DNA of 64,000 nucleotides, taken from assembly GCA_028534125.1 (NCBI GenBank), contig CM052823.1, positions 66,836,001-66,900,000 on the forward strand. The letters are read 5' to 3'. Below the pieces are notes generated by a model, which saw only the letters and a list, made by a program, of their open reading frames with translations, was not told where the DNA came from and made no database searches. Each line of letters begins with the position of its first letter. Position 1 is the first letter of the stretch. Of the stretch, positions 62,131 through 64,000 are shown piece after piece. The translations under genes were made by a program, and so were the position numbers. The DNA comes from Lama glama. Its lineage: Eukaryota.

Positions 62131-62669
62131 ATGCCTAGCAGAACAGGCACTCAATGTTGTCATCAACAGCAGAGCCATTTTGTCTATATAGGGCACCACC
62201 TTCCTAAGAATACAGTGGTATGAGCCTATGGTTCCTGACTCAGTTTTATTCACGTGACTCTTTCCACAACTCTCCATGTCTCCTAAATTTTTTGCCTTCA
62301 CACACAACAACTAGGAAGAAATGGAAAGATAATCCTGCTTTTGACAGAATCAGGGGACAGTTTACTAGAGTGGATGATTCTCCCACTGAAGGGCCCCCAT
62401 CAGCTGCAAAATTTTAGAGAAACTGCAAAAACAGGTTTCCCATCATTTCTGCATGCTTTCTGCTTCGTCTCTCTATTAGCCACTATGATCCAGATGTGTA
62501 TTTGAGATTTGTAATTGTTTACTCGGGAAGCAAAATCTCCTATGAAACAGGAAATGGATTTTTCACATAAAGAGTAAGTATCTGCTCCAAACGGAGAAGG
62601 AAGTCCTTCGGAGCTGAGTGTTGCTGCTGGCGGCTGAATGTGTGGTGCATAGTAACAGCTCCTACTCAC

Positions 62670-62910
62670 AGTAACAGCTCCCACCGGTTGGCTAAGGCTC
62701 TGTGGTGTGTATAATATAAGCTTTAATTCTCTTCATCCTCACAACACCTTGTGAAGAAGAGGCTGTTATTATCTGAATTTTTAAGGTTGAGGAAACAGGC
62801 TCTCTGAGGTGACATAAGTTCCCTGGAGTCCCCTGTTAGTCAATGACAGGGCCATAATTTGAACACAGGCCATACGATTCCAAGGGCACGTTCTTAAATA
62901 CCATCCCATC
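62670..62910 (-). mobile_element. MIR SINE
   Basis: atcctcacaacaccttgtgaag...tgaggaaacaggctc...atttgaacacagg. Confidence 0.75.
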
Positions 62911-63120
62911 TGGCCTATAGCCTGTCAGAGACAATCTAATTACAATCTGATTCCTTTTTCCCCCCAAACAGGATGACATACTTGTAATTCTGTATGTGGG
63001 AAGTAAGCCCCAACTTCTGTGTTTCTATATGCCTCCCTCCATGTTTCTCTTCCACAGGCTGCAGGTATGTAGTGGGTCAGGCATCCCAGGCTCAGCGTGC
63101 CTGTTTCCTACTAAGTCCCG

Positions 63121-63144
63121 TGTGTGTGTGTGTGTGTGTGTGTG
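63121..63144. repeat. (TG)12 microsatellite
   Basis: Direct inspection. Confidence 0.95.
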
Positions 63145-63689
63145 GAGCATCTCTCCTTGGAATGGGAGGCTACCTTTCCTCTACTGTTCTTGGCTTGGGA
63201 CTATGTCAGAAATTCTAGACAAGAAAAGACCTATCCAGTATCCTGTTACAGGGGAATACTCCACTCAACTTAGTGCTCAACATGATGAAAGTCCTATAGG
63301 CAACAGGAAATACCCTCCTGATGTGGCATTTAGGCATCCATCTACTGTCCCTTGAGCATCTTTTCTGGGGTTTCATCTATTCAAAGTATCCCCTTTACCT
63401 CTGACAATACATACACTATTCTTGCAAAGGGAAAATCTTCCATAATTAATTATCAAGTGGATAAAATTTTCTCCCTACCATTTATACATCTAACTTTACA
63501 GCAAGACATAAATAAACAAGAATTGGTTTTTAACATTCATCTCAAGCACATGCTTTTAAAAGCTTACGACCTACAGCCACTCCCTTCATTCGGAAGTTCA
63601 TCATAATTTCCCTGTAGAGGCCCTCCTCTCTGGGAGCACCGGCCTTGGGATGACAACGTGGCACTTTGCTACAGGGGCTTGGATAAAGG

Positions 63690-64000
63690 GGATGCCATCA
63701 TAGACAGTGATGTCAGGGGAGGCTTCCTAGAAGCTGAATTTTGCATTGGACCTTGAAGGAAGTGCAGAATTTGGACGGATAAGGAGGTGGGGTAGGGTTC
63801 ATCACGTGAAGAAAAAAGTGGGCTGAGCCAAGATTAAGTGCTGGAATTGATCCTACTGGCACAGACTAGGATGCCTGACCAGAGTAGAAGGTAACTGTCC
63901 TATATGGGGTGGGGGTGGGGACACAGTTTGGAGGAATGAGGAATGGGAAATGAAGGGAAGATTTCATGGAGTTCGCAGGATACCAACGGCCATATTTTAG
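63690..64000 (-). mobile_element. L2 fragment
   Basis: gtcaggggaggcttcctagaag...ggaccttgaagga...agaatttgga. Confidence 0.65.

Noticed and set aside
1-64000. Prokaryote-style systems (operons, CRISPR, defence islands) or a named host gene
   Set aside because: The sequence is repeat-rich mammalian DNA with no gene-dense or recognisable coding region, and I could not identify the locus

Overview
Mammalian non-coding DNA, very probably camelid (alpaca/camel). Three copies of a tRNA-Ala(AGC)-derived SINE (Vic-1 type) and several young L1 3' ends are present, and I see no ruminant Bov-A/BovB, pig PRE-1 or primate Alu. No intact protein-coding gene is recognisable: the ORF track is chance ORFs plus decayed retroelement frames. 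Much of the window is interspersed repeat (L1, L2, L3/CR1, MIR, MaLR/ERVL LTRs, two decayed ERVL-class proviruses, hAT and Tigger DNA transposons), and all six N gaps lie inside young L1 copies. The most unusual item is a ~450 bp fossil at ~4290-4730 (- strand) whose frameshifted translation carries collinear Penelope-like reverse transcriptase motifs, a class rare in mammals. Other candidates are three good CTCF motifs in a divergent, boundary-like layout, a set of - strand splice-site pairs that could form a lncRNA, a well-preserved solo LTR with CCAAT/TATA boxes, and several repeat-free motif-dense blocks. Repeat subfamily names come from recalled consensus sequences and boundaries are approximate unless a TSD is cited. 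I found no evidence of a novel multi-gene system.
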